Assembly (NCBI RefSeq): GCF_021028975.2 | Contig: NC_059439.1 | Location: 35,278,001-35,342,000, forward strand | Origin: Sphaerodactylus townsendi | Lineage: Eukaryota | Direction of reading: 5' to 3' | Length of the DNA: 64,000 nt | Shown: positions 37,856-50,140 of the stretch, one piece after another | Layout: each line of letters begins with the position of its first letter | How positions within the stretch are numbered: position 1 is the first letter of the stretch | Notes under the pieces: model-generated | What the model saw: only the letters and a program-made list of their open reading frames with translations | Database searches by the model: none | What the model was told of the DNA's origin: nothing | Made by a program: the position numbers and the translations under genes

Positions 37856-37894
37856 CACAATGAGACAGGTGCACTGGAAACTTGGGCAAAAACT
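37856..37894 (+). other. 23-RSS of V1
   Basis: CACAATG + 23 nt + GCAAAAACT. Confidence 0.9.
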
Positions 37895-38316
37895 TTGCAG
37901 TCTGAGAGAGAAGTTGACTTTTCAGACTCCTGGCCTGCTTTGTGCTTGGGAATCAGATTTTATACTGGAAGTTCATCAATATGGTTTTCACTGGCCAGTG
38001 AAGAAGGAGGAACAGGTGTCCCTTCCATGAAATGGGATCTTTTTTGGGATGCTGAATTCGGTGCTCAGGGCTAAGTCCGTGCCTGCAGAATCTGATCGCG
38101 GAACTATAGCATCCACGTATCCACGCCTGGGCACAGTATTCATATCGGTGCCTTTCTGCAATTGACCCTTTTATTTGGCATGTAAATGTTACACATTTGC
38201 CCTCTCCATCCTTCTCTGCACTAGTTTACGTTACTATTTATTTATCTATTTAAAGCATCACTAAGTCCCCTTTCCACCCAATAGGGGCCCTAAGACAGGG
38301 TGTGTGTGTGTGTAAA

Positions 38317-38920
38317 ATCATAGAATCATAGGCCCCTTCCGCACACGCAAAATAATGCGTTTTCAAACCACTTTCACAACTGTTTGCAAGTGGATTTTGC
38401 CATTCCGCACAGCTTCAAAGAGCACTGAAAGCAGTTTGAAAGTGCATTATTCTGCAAGTGCGGAATGAGCCATAGAGTTGGAAGAGACCACAAAGCCATC
38501 AAGTCCGACCCCCTGCCACACATAATCAAAGCACTCCTGACATATGTTCATCCAGCCTCTGTTTAAAAACCTCCAAAGAAGGAAACTCCACCACTCTCCG
38601 AGGCAGTGAATTCCACTGTCGAACAGTCCTGACAGTCAGAAAGTTCTTCCTAATGTTTAGGTGGAATAGCTTTTCCTGCACCTTGAATCCATTACTCCGG
38701 GTCCTAGTCTCTGAGGCAGCAGAAAACAAGCTTGCTCCCTCTTCAACACGGCATCCCTTCAAATATCTAAACACGGCTTTCATGTCATCCCCTTAACCTT
38801 CTCTTCACCAAACTAAACATCCCCAGCTCCCTAAGTCTCTCTTCGCAGGGCATGGATTCCAGACCTTTGACCATTTTGGTTGCCCTCCTCTGGACACGTT
38901 CCAGCTTGTCAATATCCTTC
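38317..38920 (-). mobile_element. CR1 LINE 3' fragment (second family) with nested MITE 38331-38471
   Basis: [17 protein letters not shown]...; (TCTATGAT)n tail; MITE TSD ATA. Confidence 0.88.
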
Positions 38921-39024
38921 TTAAGACCCAACATGAGATGAATTGACTCAGTTGAGGAAACCGCAGGCCTAAATTTGAAAGATTTGAGCAAGGCTGCCAA
39001 CGACAGGACGTTTTGGAGGACATT

Positions 39025-39186
39025 GGCCCCTTCCGCACATGCAGAATAATGCAGTTTCAATCCACTTTTACAATTGTTTTTTCAATCCACTTTTTACAAT
39101 TTTGCTATTTTGCACAGTAAAACCCAGCTTCAAAGTGCATTGAAAGTGGACTGAAAGTGCATTATTCTGCATGTGCGGAAGGGGCC
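39025..39186. mobile_element. Harbinger-like MITE variant inside an RTE/BovB-like 3' fragment
   Basis: TIR GGCCCCTTCCGCACATGCAGAATAATGCA; ATT TSD. Confidence 0.75.
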
Positions 39187-39329
39187 ATTGATTCATAGGG
39201 TCACACACAGATCTGCAGCACAAAACTTGGACAACTGTACAGGAATAAAATGGCTGTCCCCAAATTATTCAGTGCTACAAGTGGGATGAGATACCTTTAC
39301 TAGGAATCTTTATTTTTTGCTCTCCCTTG

Positions 39330-39343
39330 CTGCCACCTAGTGG
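39330..39343 (-). promoter_or_regulatory. CTCF motif
   Basis: Reverse complement reads CCACTAGGTGGCAG. Confidence 0.55.
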
Positions 39344-40157
39344 TGATTCTTCTCCACTCTCCGAGCCGTCGGTTCTCTTTGCTAAAGCTGGTCTTGGAAT
39401 CAGGCATAGCTGTAAAGGAAAGAGAAAGTGTTCCAAATCAACCTTCCTGCTCTCAGAGATTTTTTAAACTTGAGGAATCCTGAGCCCAAGTTTGCAGACA
39501 GGACGGGGCTTTTTGGAGGAGAGGGCCATCAATTGCTGTTGGCTTTGATGATGAAATAGAGCCTCCGTGTCCAGAGGCAGTAACCCTTTGAATGTCAGTA
39601 CAGACAGGCGGAAACTTTAGTCTCTGTGCCTTGATTGTAGACCTTCTCGGGACATCTGATTCACCAGGGTGGGAAACAGAATGCTGGACCAGATGAGTTG
39701 GTCGGATCCTGTACGGCTGGACCACATACATTTAATTTTTCTTAATGCCCTGACTTTCTTCCTGACTGGAAATCCCAGTGGCTTATCGCATCACTGAATC
39801 CTGACAACAACAACCTTGCGAGGTAGTCTAGGCTGAGAGATTATGGTGGGCCTGGGATCACCCAGAAAAGTTGCAGGGTAGACACCTCTGAGCTGAGAAG
39901 TTTCTTTGAGGTTTGGGGATAGAGACAGGCTAAGGTTTGTGGGTTTGTGGGAGGGAGGTACTTTATCTGGATCGAGTGTGATAGCAGCCACACTCCACAA
40001 CGGCCATTTTCTCTGAGGTAACTGATTCCTGTGGCCTGGGGCTTGGTAGGAATTGCAGGAGGTTCATAAGGCAGAGGAAGGCTTCAAATCCGGCTGTCCT
40101 AGGCCCTAATCTGACACTCTACGTACCCCCACCACTTGGAAATTCCTCTACCCCACA

Positions 40158-40917
40158 CAGTGGCGTATCTAGGAAAAATGTAGCCCGGGGCAAAATCTGG
40201 GATTTCTGCCTCGCCACCCCACCCCCGTATGGGCGGCCACCCTCCCCAACCACAACCAAACAACTGTCTTTTGCACCAGGTCAAAGAAGAAGAAGAAGAA
40301 GAAGAAGAAGAAGAAGAGGAGGAGTAGTAGTAGTAGTAGTAGTTTGGATTTATATCCCCCTTTCTCTCCTGTGGGAGACTCAAAGGGGCTTACAATCTCC
40401 TTGCCTTTCCCCCCTCCTTGCCTTCCCCCCCTTGCCTTTCCCCCCTGTGAGGTGGGTGGGGCTGAGAGAGCTCCTTAGAGCTGTGACTAGCCCAAGGTCA
40501 CCCAGCTGGCGTGTGTGGGAGTGCACAGGCTAATCTGAATTCCCCAGATAAGCCTCCACAGCTCAAGGGGCAGAGCAGGGAATCAAACCCGGTTCGTCCA
40601 GATTAGAATGCACCTGCTCTTAACCACTATGCCGCTGCTGCAGTTTCATAGAGCTGAAGAATGGAGGAGGAGGAAGGGTGTGGGGGGCAATTTTCCGCCC
40701 CCGCCACGTGACTAAAATGCAGCCTGGGGACATTTGACCCCATACGTCTCTCTGGGCCCATGGTGGCGAACCTTTGGCACTCCAGATGTTATGGACTACA
40801 ATTCCCATCAGCCCCTGCCAGCACAGACAATCGGCCTTGCTGGCAGGGGCTGATGGGAATTGTAGTCCATAACATCTGGAGTGCCAAAGGTTCGCCACCA
40901 CTGGTGGTATGCCCCTG
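40158..40917. mobile_element. Nested cluster: hAT-like MITE containing a SINE (40284-40640) and a short palindromic MITE (about 40758-40903)
   Basis: CAGTGGCGTATCTAGG...TATGCCCCTG termini; related copy at about 22955-23157. Confidence 0.7.
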
Positions 40918-41074
40918 AACACACTTTAAGCCCATGACCTGAGCACAGACTGCCGTTTCCTTGATTCCTCAGAGGGCAGGAACCCAAACACGCCCACGAG
41001 GCTGTGGTCTTGGCTGGGGCTCTGTCAGCAACACACAAGACAGCAGCTCATCTCTCACATCAGTCAGCCTAAAG

Positions 41075-42780
41075 ATGAGGATATTGGTGGTGATAGTCAT
41101 GGCTCAGCTGCTGGCTGGATCCACAGGTATCTTGGGTCCCCAAATAAACGAGAGGGTTTGGATCGCAGCAGTCAGGGCCTGGGGCTTCGTCGGTTTTGAC
41201 AGGAAGTGCAGCCCGATCTTAGGAGTTTTTATTCAGAAGTTAGTCCCAGCGTGTTGCAAAGAACTGAAGTAAGTCACTGTGTGGTCTCAGGCAGAGTTAC
41301 AGCCATTGCGAATCCAATTTGTGTTGTCTAAGTCCACTATGCAGTCTCTCCATTGAGTCAGCAGTGTGACAGGGCAGCCAAGAAAGCCAATGCAATTCTG
41401 GGATGCATCAATAAGAGTATAGTGTCTAGATCGAGGGAAGGGTGTTTGTTGTGAGGGGGGAAGGGCAAGGAGATTGTAAGCCCCTTTGAGTCTCCTAAAG
41501 GAGAGAAAGGGGGNNNNNNNNNNNNNNNNNNNNNNNNNNNNNNNNNNNNNNNNNNNNNNNNNNNNNNNNNNNNNNNNNNNNNNNNNNNNNNNNNNNNNNN
41601 NNNNNNNNNNNNNNNNNNNNNNNNNNNNNNNNNNNNNNNNNNNNNNNNNNNNNNNNNNNNNNNNNNNNNNNNNNNNNNNNNNNNNNNNNNNNNNNNNNNN
41701 NNNNNNNNNNNNNNNNNNNNNNNNNNNNNNNNNNNNGCCTTGGTCAGAGCTCACCTGGAGTACTGTGTTCAGTTCTGGGCACCAAAATTTAAGAAGGATA
41801 TTGAGAAGCTGGAACGTGTCCAAAGGAGGCCAACCAAAATGGTAACAGGTCTGGAATCCATACCCTACAAAGAGAGGCTTAGGGAGCTGGGGATGTTTGG
41901 TCTGGAGAAGATAAGGTTAAGGTGGGGGGGACATGATAGCTGTGTTTAAATATTTGAAGGGATGCCTTGTCAAAGAGGGAGCAAACTTGTTTTCTGCTAG
42001 AGACTAGGACATGGAGTAATGGATTCAAGGTGCAGGAAAAGAGATTCCACCTAAACATTAGAAAGAACTTCCTGACAGTCAGGGCTGTTCGATGGTGGAA
42101 TGCACTGCCTCGAATGGTGGAGTCTCCTTCTTTGGAGGTTTTTAAACAGAGGCTGGATGAACATATGTCAGGAGTGCTTTGATTATGTGTTCCTGCATAA
42201 CAGGGGGTTGACTTTAATAGCCCCTGTGGTCTCTTCCAACTCTATGATTCTATGAAACCTGTTGGTTAGACTGGAGGGACACTGCAGAGGTTAGCACTAT
42301 AAGAAGACATTAGGCTTGAATTTTTGGAGAAAGAAAACGCTATTAATCTAAACATCTNNNNNNNNNNNNNNNNNNNNNNNNNNNNNNNNNNNNNNNNNNN
42401 NNNNNNNNNNNNNNNNNNNNNNNNNNNNNNNNNNNNNNNNNNNNNNNNNNNNNNNNNNNNNNNNNNNNNNNNNNNNNNNNNNNNNNNNNNNNNNNNNNNN
42501 NNNNNNNNNNNAGGATTCTGTCTCCCAAGATCCATCAGCTTCGGCCCAGGAGGGAGATCCTATCCAACTCAACTGCTCTTATTCGGGAACCGAGTACAGC
42601 CTACAGTGGTACAAGCAGTACCCTGGAGGCCGGCTTCACTTTCTGGCTTTATTGAGTACCTCAACCTCTAAACGTGACGACTCTTTTGTAATGAGTCTGG
42701 ACACAAAGAGCAGAAAGTCCTCCTTGTATCTGAACAGCACGCGGCTGGATGACTCTGCTGTGTACTTTTGTGCCATGGCT
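41075..42780 (+). CDS. TRAV: TCR alpha V gene segment V2 (leader 41075-41126, V exon about 42512-42780, acceptor lost in N gap)
   Basis: Leader [18 protein letters not shown]|gt. Open V frame [35 protein letters not shown]...[10 protein letters not shown], not called in the ORF track. Two N gaps separate leader and V. Confidence 0.85.
41355..42254 (+). mobile_element. CR1 LINE fragment in the V2 intron
   Basis: [25 protein letters not shown]...; CR1 tail; interrupted by a SINE fragment and an N gap. Confidence 0.88.
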
Positions 42781-42820
42781 CACAGTGGTACATAGACACA
42801 TCCTGCTTATGACAGAAAGG
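42781..42820 (+). other. RSS of V2 (best fit 24-nt spacer)
   Basis: CACAGTG + 24 nt + ACAGAAAGG. Confidence 0.7.
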
Positions 42821-43694
42821 GGGGAATAAAGCTTTACAGAGATCAGAAACGTGACAGATTTTCAGGTTTCCAACTCAGCTTTTTCTCCTTTGGACCTTTT
42901 CCAGCATAACTTTCCAGCCTGAATTCAGGTCCTCTGTCCTTTTTCCACTTGCTAGATTACTATTAGCTGTGTTCCTACCTGGCTTATCTGCTTTCATAAT
43001 AGGAACAGAGAAGGAAAATCAAAACAGGCCTGTCACAAATTCATAGGTCTGCCGCCCGGTTTTAGAAATCCAGATTGTGTTTTGTGATTCCCTCCCCCCA
43101 AATTCATTCTGGAGCACTTTAAAAGGGGGTTAATCGCAGAGAATGGTTCTACTGGCGACATTTAGCCCCGGTTTGCAGTGCGGGGAATTTCTGGGAAAGA
43201 GACCTCAATCTCTGGTTGCAATAGTGGCAGACTAAGCTGGCCAGGATCCCAATACTGACCTCAATAAACAATAGCAGTTGGGTCGCCTGTCCATCACAGC
43301 GGTCAAGACAGTTATGCAGCAATTCCTCGTACTGCGGAGGACTATTAAGACAAATTCCACGGCAATAACAACTTTGCAGCATGATTAAGAAACGACTGTT
43401 TAAAATTGCTTTCATGGGTGGCTACTAAAATCTCTCCCTCTCAAGTATTTGTGGTGTATTTTCTTACCTGCTGGTGTTCAAGCACAGTGTCAGATCTGAC
43501 ACCCATTTAACGAGTGGCCAGAAGGGGGCAGTACCACACATTGTCAGTTGCGCATGGTTGTGCATTACTGGGTTTCAAACTGCCTCTCCCATCCCAAAAG
43601 CTCAAACACGTTTCGGAGAAGCAGGGAGAGACAGAAGTGGAGAGAGTCTCCAAGGATGGGTGAAGGTGGAGAGAGACTGGAGGATCTCCTAGAC

Positions 43695-43840
43695 CTGTGG
43701 TGGCGAACCTTTGGCACTCCAGATGTTATGGACTACAATTCCCATCTGCGACTGCCAGCATGGCCAATTGGCCATGCTGGCAGGGGTTGATGGGAATTGT
43801 AGTCCATAACATCTGGAGTGCCAAAGGTTCACCACCACTG
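43695..43840. mobile_element. Palindromic hAT MITE
   Basis: 8-bp TSD TCCTAGAC on both sides. Confidence 0.85.
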
Positions 43841-44046
43841 TCCTAGACAGTCCTTTCTGCCCATTTCCGGGGTGACACGTTGTGTTCAGAGAACATCAGA
43901 TGCTGCTGTGCGGATGAGAAGAGCAAAGGCTGATGTCTCCTTTGATCCTCCAATGAGGGGAACATGAAACCGCCCACACAAGTCTGTGGTCTGTACCACA
44001 CCTCTGCTGTGTAAGAGGCTCATTTATCACATAGTTCACACTCAAG

Positions 44047-45163
44047 ATGAGTCCGTCAGCCACTCGAATCGCCACTTTACTTCTGGCTCTATCCACAGGT
44101 AACTTTTCTGGATCCAGGTCTGGAAATGATCCCAGATCCAGATGGGTACACTTTGCACCAGTGGGACACACACTCTGTCCTCATGGCCATTATTCAGGAA
44201 TGGGTCCCATTAACCCCTGGATCTTCTCTTGCAAGCCGATGTACGGTGGCATTTGTGAAGCCACCCGAATGGGCACGTTTCCTCTTTTTGAAGAAAAGCG
44301 TCATTCAATACCCGGTTTCAGAATCAGAATCAGTCTTTATTGCAGACATAGACCAGCTTAAGGTAGGTAAGATGCTTACCGTTAAAAGAATAAAATATAT
44401 TAAAACTAGAACTATAATGTCTAAAAGAATCTACAGGCCAAAGGAAAGATATGGGAACATAGAGAGGGTGGGATAAAGGACACAAGGCACAAGGGAACAA
44501 TAACATTGGCAAATAAAAGGGTGCAACTAGCAGCCCCTTCCGCACACGCAAAATAATGCGCTTTCAAACCACTTTCGCAACTGTTTGTAAGTGGATTTTG
44601 CCATTCCGCACAGCTTCAAAGAGCACTGAAAGCAGTTTGAAAGTGCATTATTCTGCATGTGCGAGAAGCCTAGGATTCATCCAGACTGTTTTATAACAGT
44701 TTCAGACTATTGTAGGTTGCTGGAGAGGCAGCATATGAATTCCCTAAATAAGTAAATAAAGTACTTGTCCGATTCATCATTTCCCCTGTCTGTACCCGTT
44801 CCCTTCTCCTGGTTTTCCTTCCCTCCTCATTTTTCCAGACTACTTTCCGAAGGAAAACTGACTTATTTTTGTTCTGTTCCAGGTGTATCAGGACAGGATT
44901 CTGTCTCCCAAGATGTATCCGCTTCGGCGAAGGTGGGAGAGCCCGTCCAATTCAACTGCTCCTATAGTGGAACTGCACGGAGCATCCAGTGGTACAAACA
45001 ATCTCCCGGTGGCCACATTCAGTTGATACACCTACTGTTCAGAACGTCCTCTGAGCGTCAGGGCGATTTCACCGTGAGTCTGGACACGGCCAAGAAAACC
45101 AGCTCCCTCTACCTGAAGAACACTCGGCTCAGCGATTCTGCCGTCTACTTCTGTGGCATGGAG
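44047..45163 (+). CDS. TRAV: TCR alpha V gene segment V3 (leader 44047-44098, V exon 44883-45163)
   Basis: Leader MSPSATRIATLLLALSTG|gtaac. V reads QDSVSQ...NCSYSG...WYKQ...DSAVYFCGME. Paralog of V2 and V4. Confidence 0.93.
44531..44670 (-). mobile_element. Harbinger-like MITE in the V3 intron
   Basis: Family match; TAG flanks. Confidence 0.8.
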
Positions 45164-45203
45164 CACAGTGGTAAACAGATGCATCCTTCCCATTGCAAAA
45201 ATG
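45164..45203 (+). other. RSS of V3 (best fit 24-nt spacer)
   Basis: CACAGTG + 24 nt + GCAAAAATG. Confidence 0.75.
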
Positions 45204-46227
45204 GTAGAGCGTGTCAGATGAAATGAAATTTTTACAGAGATTGGCAATCCAACCCCATTTCAGAATTTATATTTGGCCCAGTGGGCTTTGGAAATATCCT
45301 TCGAGGGATGCGCCCGTTAAAACTCCTGACTGGTCATTATTATTGTCCTCTGGCAGGGCTGGTTCCAAGATTTGGGGGGGGGGGTCCTCGGTGGAGATGG
45401 TCCAGGAGTCCCCCTATCTGGCCCTTGGCCTGTGCTCCCCCCACCCCGTGTATTCCACATCTTTCCTTCACCCCCTTGCATCCTCTCCAGCGCCCTCCGT
45501 GCCCTTTCTCCAACTTTGCTCTGGAATCAGTACAATTTGGAGGACCATTAGAACCCATTCTAGCAGCAGATGATATAGGCAGTTCCTTGGGGGGGTGGGG
45601 GGGGGGCGACCATCTAGCTCTGCTTACAATAGTGGCAGTCAAAACCAGCAAGGAACTAAACTCTGACGCTGATGGACAAACCTCTTTCTGCTTCAGTCTG
45701 TCCCGGTATGTCTCATCTAGACATTTAGACATGCTTCCCAATGCTTTAAAAGGGGGAATTAGGCTAAATCACAGAGGATAGTGCCAACAATGACATTTAG
45801 CCATGGCTGGTAAATGGAGCCTCCATGTCCAGGCGCAGTGTACCTTTGAAAACTGGTTGCCCAGGGGACAAACTGAAAAGGTCAGTTTCTTCTTTCCAAG
45901 GCTTTCCTATGGGCGCTGTAAGGAACATCTCAGTGGCCACTGCGAGGAAGAGAATGCTGGAGCAGAACTTCCTTCGGTCCAATCCGGGAGGGTCCTTGTG
46001 AACATATTGAGGAGGATAGATTTAAATGAGCACAGCGGAGGGCAGTTCTTTTTATAACTACGTTCCTCCCCTTATGGTTCTTGATGTAGGTTGTTGAGAG
46101 ATGCCTGTCTCTGATTGGCTGGCTTCCGCAGCACGAACAGCGTGAATCATAGCTCTGTTTCCTGAGCTAAGGGGTATTATACCTCTGCAAAACAGGAGGC
46201 TCATTTCCCATGTATTTCGTGCAGAAG

Positions 46228-46374
46228 ATGGGGCCCTGGACCGGTTGGATTGCTGTTTTCCTTCTTGCTTTCTCCACAGGTAACTTCTTTGGATCTAGAT
46301 CTGTATCCAGTTCAGTGCTCAATTGGGTACACTGGCTGGCCTCTCTTTCTCCACTGCAGACATGCATCACAATA

Positions 46375-46439
<65 letters not shown>

Positions 46440-48482
46440 CTTTTTGGCAATTGTTATCCACCTTCATTCCATGTTTTCTGTCCTTTGAAAACACTCTCTT
46501 CGCTTCCTTTCCCCAGAAATTGATGGTGGAGTTGAGTGTTCAGATGAATGGGAGGTTCAGTTCTGACCACTCTCCACCTTTGGCTATGTGACTTCCCTCC
46601 GTGACCCAGAATATCAAGACAAGGGACTCTGGAGCAGAAACTTCCAATGCTAAGAATCTCTGCAGCAGATCCCTTTAGTCTGGAGGTCAGTCCTTGGCTT
46701 CAGAGGGACACATTTCTTCCCTTATGCCCATCTATTCAGGAGTAGATCCCCTTAACCCTTCATCTTCTACCCTTCCCTGTAGGGTGGCAGTTGTAAAGTC
46801 AGAGGGAACTGCTCATATGAATGGGTTTCTTGCCTCCTTTTGAAGGAAGAGAGGAGAGGGAAGAAACAGAAGGTTTGAAGACTCTCTGCTGGCACTCACA
46901 GGTAGAACTCACAATACTAGAACCAGGGGACATTCATGGAAAATGCTGGGGGGAAGAATTAGGACAAATAAAAGGAAACACTTCTTCACACAACATGTGA
47001 TTGGTGTTTGGAATATGCTGCCACAGGAGGTGGTGATGGCCACCCACCTGGACAGCTTTAAAGGGGGCTTGGACAGATTTATGGAGGAGAAGTCCATCTA
47101 TGGCTACCAATCTCGATCCTCCTTGATCTGAGATTGCAAATGCCTTAGCAGACCAGGTGCTCGGGAGCAGCAGCAGCAGAAGGCCATTGCTTTCACATCC
47201 TGCACGTGAGCTCCCAAAGGCACCTGGTTGGCCACTGCGAGTAGCAGAGTGCTGGACTAGATGGACTCTGGTCTGATCCAGCAGACTAGTTCTTATGTTC
47301 TTATGTTCTTAAGGAATGTTCTAAATATGAGTCTAGGACAGGAAAGTCATTCAACCTCCAGTTTGGGTCTGTTGCCGGCCTCTGGAGAGGCTGCAAATAA
47401 ATCCCCTAACTAAAGTGTTAAGATTCTTGTCTTATCGCACCGCTTCTCCTCTTTCTACCTTTCTCCTTATCTCCGCCTTCCTTCCCTCTTCATTTTTCCA
47501 GCCTCCTTTCTCAAGAGCAAAGAAGATTAACTTTTCCTTCTCGTGTTCCCCCCTGACCCTGCTTATTCCAATTGAACAAGGACACATGGCCAATTATTTA
47601 CATTGGATCACCAACCCTAAATTAAGAAGAGCCTTAACACTGGCCAGATTCAATCTAATGCCTTCTATGCTGCTCTATGGCAGATATCAACAAATTGATA
47701 AACAGAGGAGGCTATGTCCATGCAATATGGGTCAGGTGGAGACACTCGATCATACCCTCTTTCATTGTGTAAGGTTTGCAAAAATCAGAATGTCGCAATC
47801 TGCACTAATCCCATTTCTGTATAATAATCTAACTGATGCTCTTAAGATACCTATGCTTTTGAACAACATGGATCCCACAGTGTGCGAGAATGTAGCAAAA
47901 TTTCTGCTAAAGATAATAGACGTAAGTCTAGATGAATACCAATCAATGTCTATGTATTATGACCACATATAGCCAGCAGTAATTTTTCTAGCTTCTGTTA
48001 GTATCCGATGACGCTTAAGTGAGTCAACTTAGCTGAAGGAATGTCCTATAGTTACAGAAGGACCATGTATATATTTTAGTACCAGTGTCTATAACTGTGA
48101 GCAATAACGGGCAAATTTTGTATGCTTATTTTGTATGTTTATTTTATGCCAATAAAGGCTTGTTATTATTATTAAAAAAACTTTTCCTTCTCTTTCAGGG
48201 GTTTCAGGTCAGAAAAATCCTGTCTCCCAGGACCCATCCATTTTGGCCAAGGAGGGGGAACCTGTCCTACTCAACTGTTCCTACGGCGAAGCTGCAAACA
48301 GCATTCACTGGTACAAACAGTCCTCTGGTGGCCAGATTCAGTTTATGGCCATATTGTTTAAAACTTCCTCTGAATCTCACGGCTACTTTGTGGCGAGTCT
48401 GGACACGGCCAAGAAAACCAGCTCCGTTTATCTGAACAGCACCCGACTCAGCGATGCTGCCGTCTACTTCTGTGCCATGGGG
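46228..48482 (+). CDS. TRAV: TCR alpha V gene segment V4 (leader 46228-46279, V exon 48199-48482)
   Basis: Leader MGPWTGWIAVFLLAFSTG|gtaac. V reads QKNPVSQDPS...NCSYGE...WYKQ...DAAVYFCAMG. Confidence 0.93.
46378..46440. repeat. (CT)n microsatellite
   Basis: Seen directly. Confidence 0.95.
46907..47310 (+). mobile_element. CR1 LINE 3' fragment
   Basis: Same family as 11226-11632. Confidence 0.9.
47560..48175 (+). mobile_element. Non-LTR retrotransposon 3' end with CCHC knuckle (RTE-X-like)
   Basis: RRALTLARFN...GRY...RLCPC...ETLDHTLFHC; ends AATAAAGG plus (TTA)n. Confidence 0.7.
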
Positions 48483-48522
48483 CACAGTGATACACAGACA
48501 CATCCTGCCTAGTGCAAAAAGG
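48483..48522 (+). other. RSS of V4 (best fit 24-nt spacer)
   Basis: CACAGTG + 24 nt + GCAAAAAGG. Confidence 0.75.
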
Positions 48523-48925
48523 GTGTGTTCAGCACTTGCGAGACACAGTGAAGTGTTACAGAGGCAGAAAACGAGGCAGGATTTCAGAATACAGATCCAA
48601 CCCCGTGGACCTTTTGCAGTTCTCCATTTGAAACAGGCTTTCTCAACGTTTGGCCTCCAGTGGTGAATTATCTTAATTTAAAATTTTGATTCAAAGCTCT
48701 GTGGAGAAGAACGGGAAAGGTATTAAGATTAGTTAGGGGAAGAACTAGAGAGAGGAATGTCACGCATTTTCCTTTTTTGTTTGTTTAAAGAATAATAGCT
48801 TGAGCTGGAATCAATTTTTCTTCTTTTTTTTCTTTTTCAATTATGGGATTAATAACCGCTGAAGAATTTATTTCGTACAAGATAGGGGAAGCCCCGGTTA
48901 CATCATTAGTAAGAAAAGGAATTAC

Positions 48926-49333
48926 CAGTGGTGGGATCCAAAATTTTTAGTAACAGGTTCCCATGGTGGTGGGATTCAAACTGTGGCGTAGCGCCAATGG
49001 GGTAGGGCATGGGCACCTTGATGAGGGACCGTGTGGCCAGGCATCTCTGGGGCGGGACATTCCTGGGGCGGGGGGCTGTGGCAGGGATGCCAGCCGCTGT
49101 GCCGGTCCCTTAGGCTGAGAACATCTAATGCACGCAGGCGCAGGCTGCCACGCATGCCGGTGCACCTCCTGCTAGACTGCTTCAAGTCCTGCGCGCTACT
49201 GCTGAGAGGAGGGGCGTAACGAAGGCAAAAATCACGTGGCAAAATCACCCATTAGTAGCCCCTTCTCGGCACACACAAAGAATTGGTAACCTACTCTCGG
49301 GAACCTGTGAGAACCTGCTGGATCCCACCTCTG
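48926..49333. mobile_element. hAT-like non-autonomous element
   Basis: TIR CAGTGGTGGGATCC; TSD GGAATTAC/GGAATAAC. Confidence 0.8.
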
Positions 49334-50140
49334 GGAATAACGCTCACTCAGATATTGAGGAAAGTCGAAGCGGATCAGATGTCATTATTTATGTCGTGAA
49401 TTGCGTTCGCTTTGAAACTTTAACCTCTTTGTAATTAATTTAAAAATCAATAAAGTTATTCAAAAAATAATAATAAAAAGAAACAGACTTTGAAGGATGC
49501 TCATGCTAAAACTCCTGACTGATAATTGTTTAATGTCATCCAGTAGAACTGGTTCCAAGGGGTTTTTTGGGGGGGCGGGGCAGGTCCTGGGGGGTGTCCA
49601 AGTACCCCTTCCCCTCCTCTGTTCCAAGGCCCTCTGCTTGTGCCTCTTTCATTCTACCCACCTGTGTCCCATCCACTGTGCCTCAATCAGAAGGACTTGG
49701 GCCCCCACCCTCTGGCCATCCTTCTCACACCCTTTTGCATGTCCTCTCACTTCCCATGTTCACACTGCCTGCGTGCCCTTTCTCAATTTATGCTGGAGCG
49801 CCACAATATCCCTTGCTGAGTGGTCTGTGCAGCCAGGAACATTCGAGAGGCATAGCTGTGAAAAGTCACCTCCATGTATCTGTGCATACTTGTTGCCCAG
49901 GGGTCAAGTTCTTGCTTTTGACTTTGTCCATGGAATCATAGAATCAGAGCTGGAAGAGAACATAGAGGCCATCTAGTCCAATCTCCTGGCTCAGTGCAGG
50001 ATCATGGCATTACGGAGTCCACAAAAAAACCTCTCGGTGGCCAGAGTGAGAAAAAGGATACTGGACTAGAGTGGCTTTTGGGGACAATTCAGGAAGGCTG
50101 TTCTCTTGTATTGATTGAAGAGGGTGAAACGAAATGAATT

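Noticed and set aside
47415-47972. 185-aa zinc-finger host gene
   Set aside because: It is the C-terminal CCHC region of a non-LTR retrotransposon inside the V4 intron.
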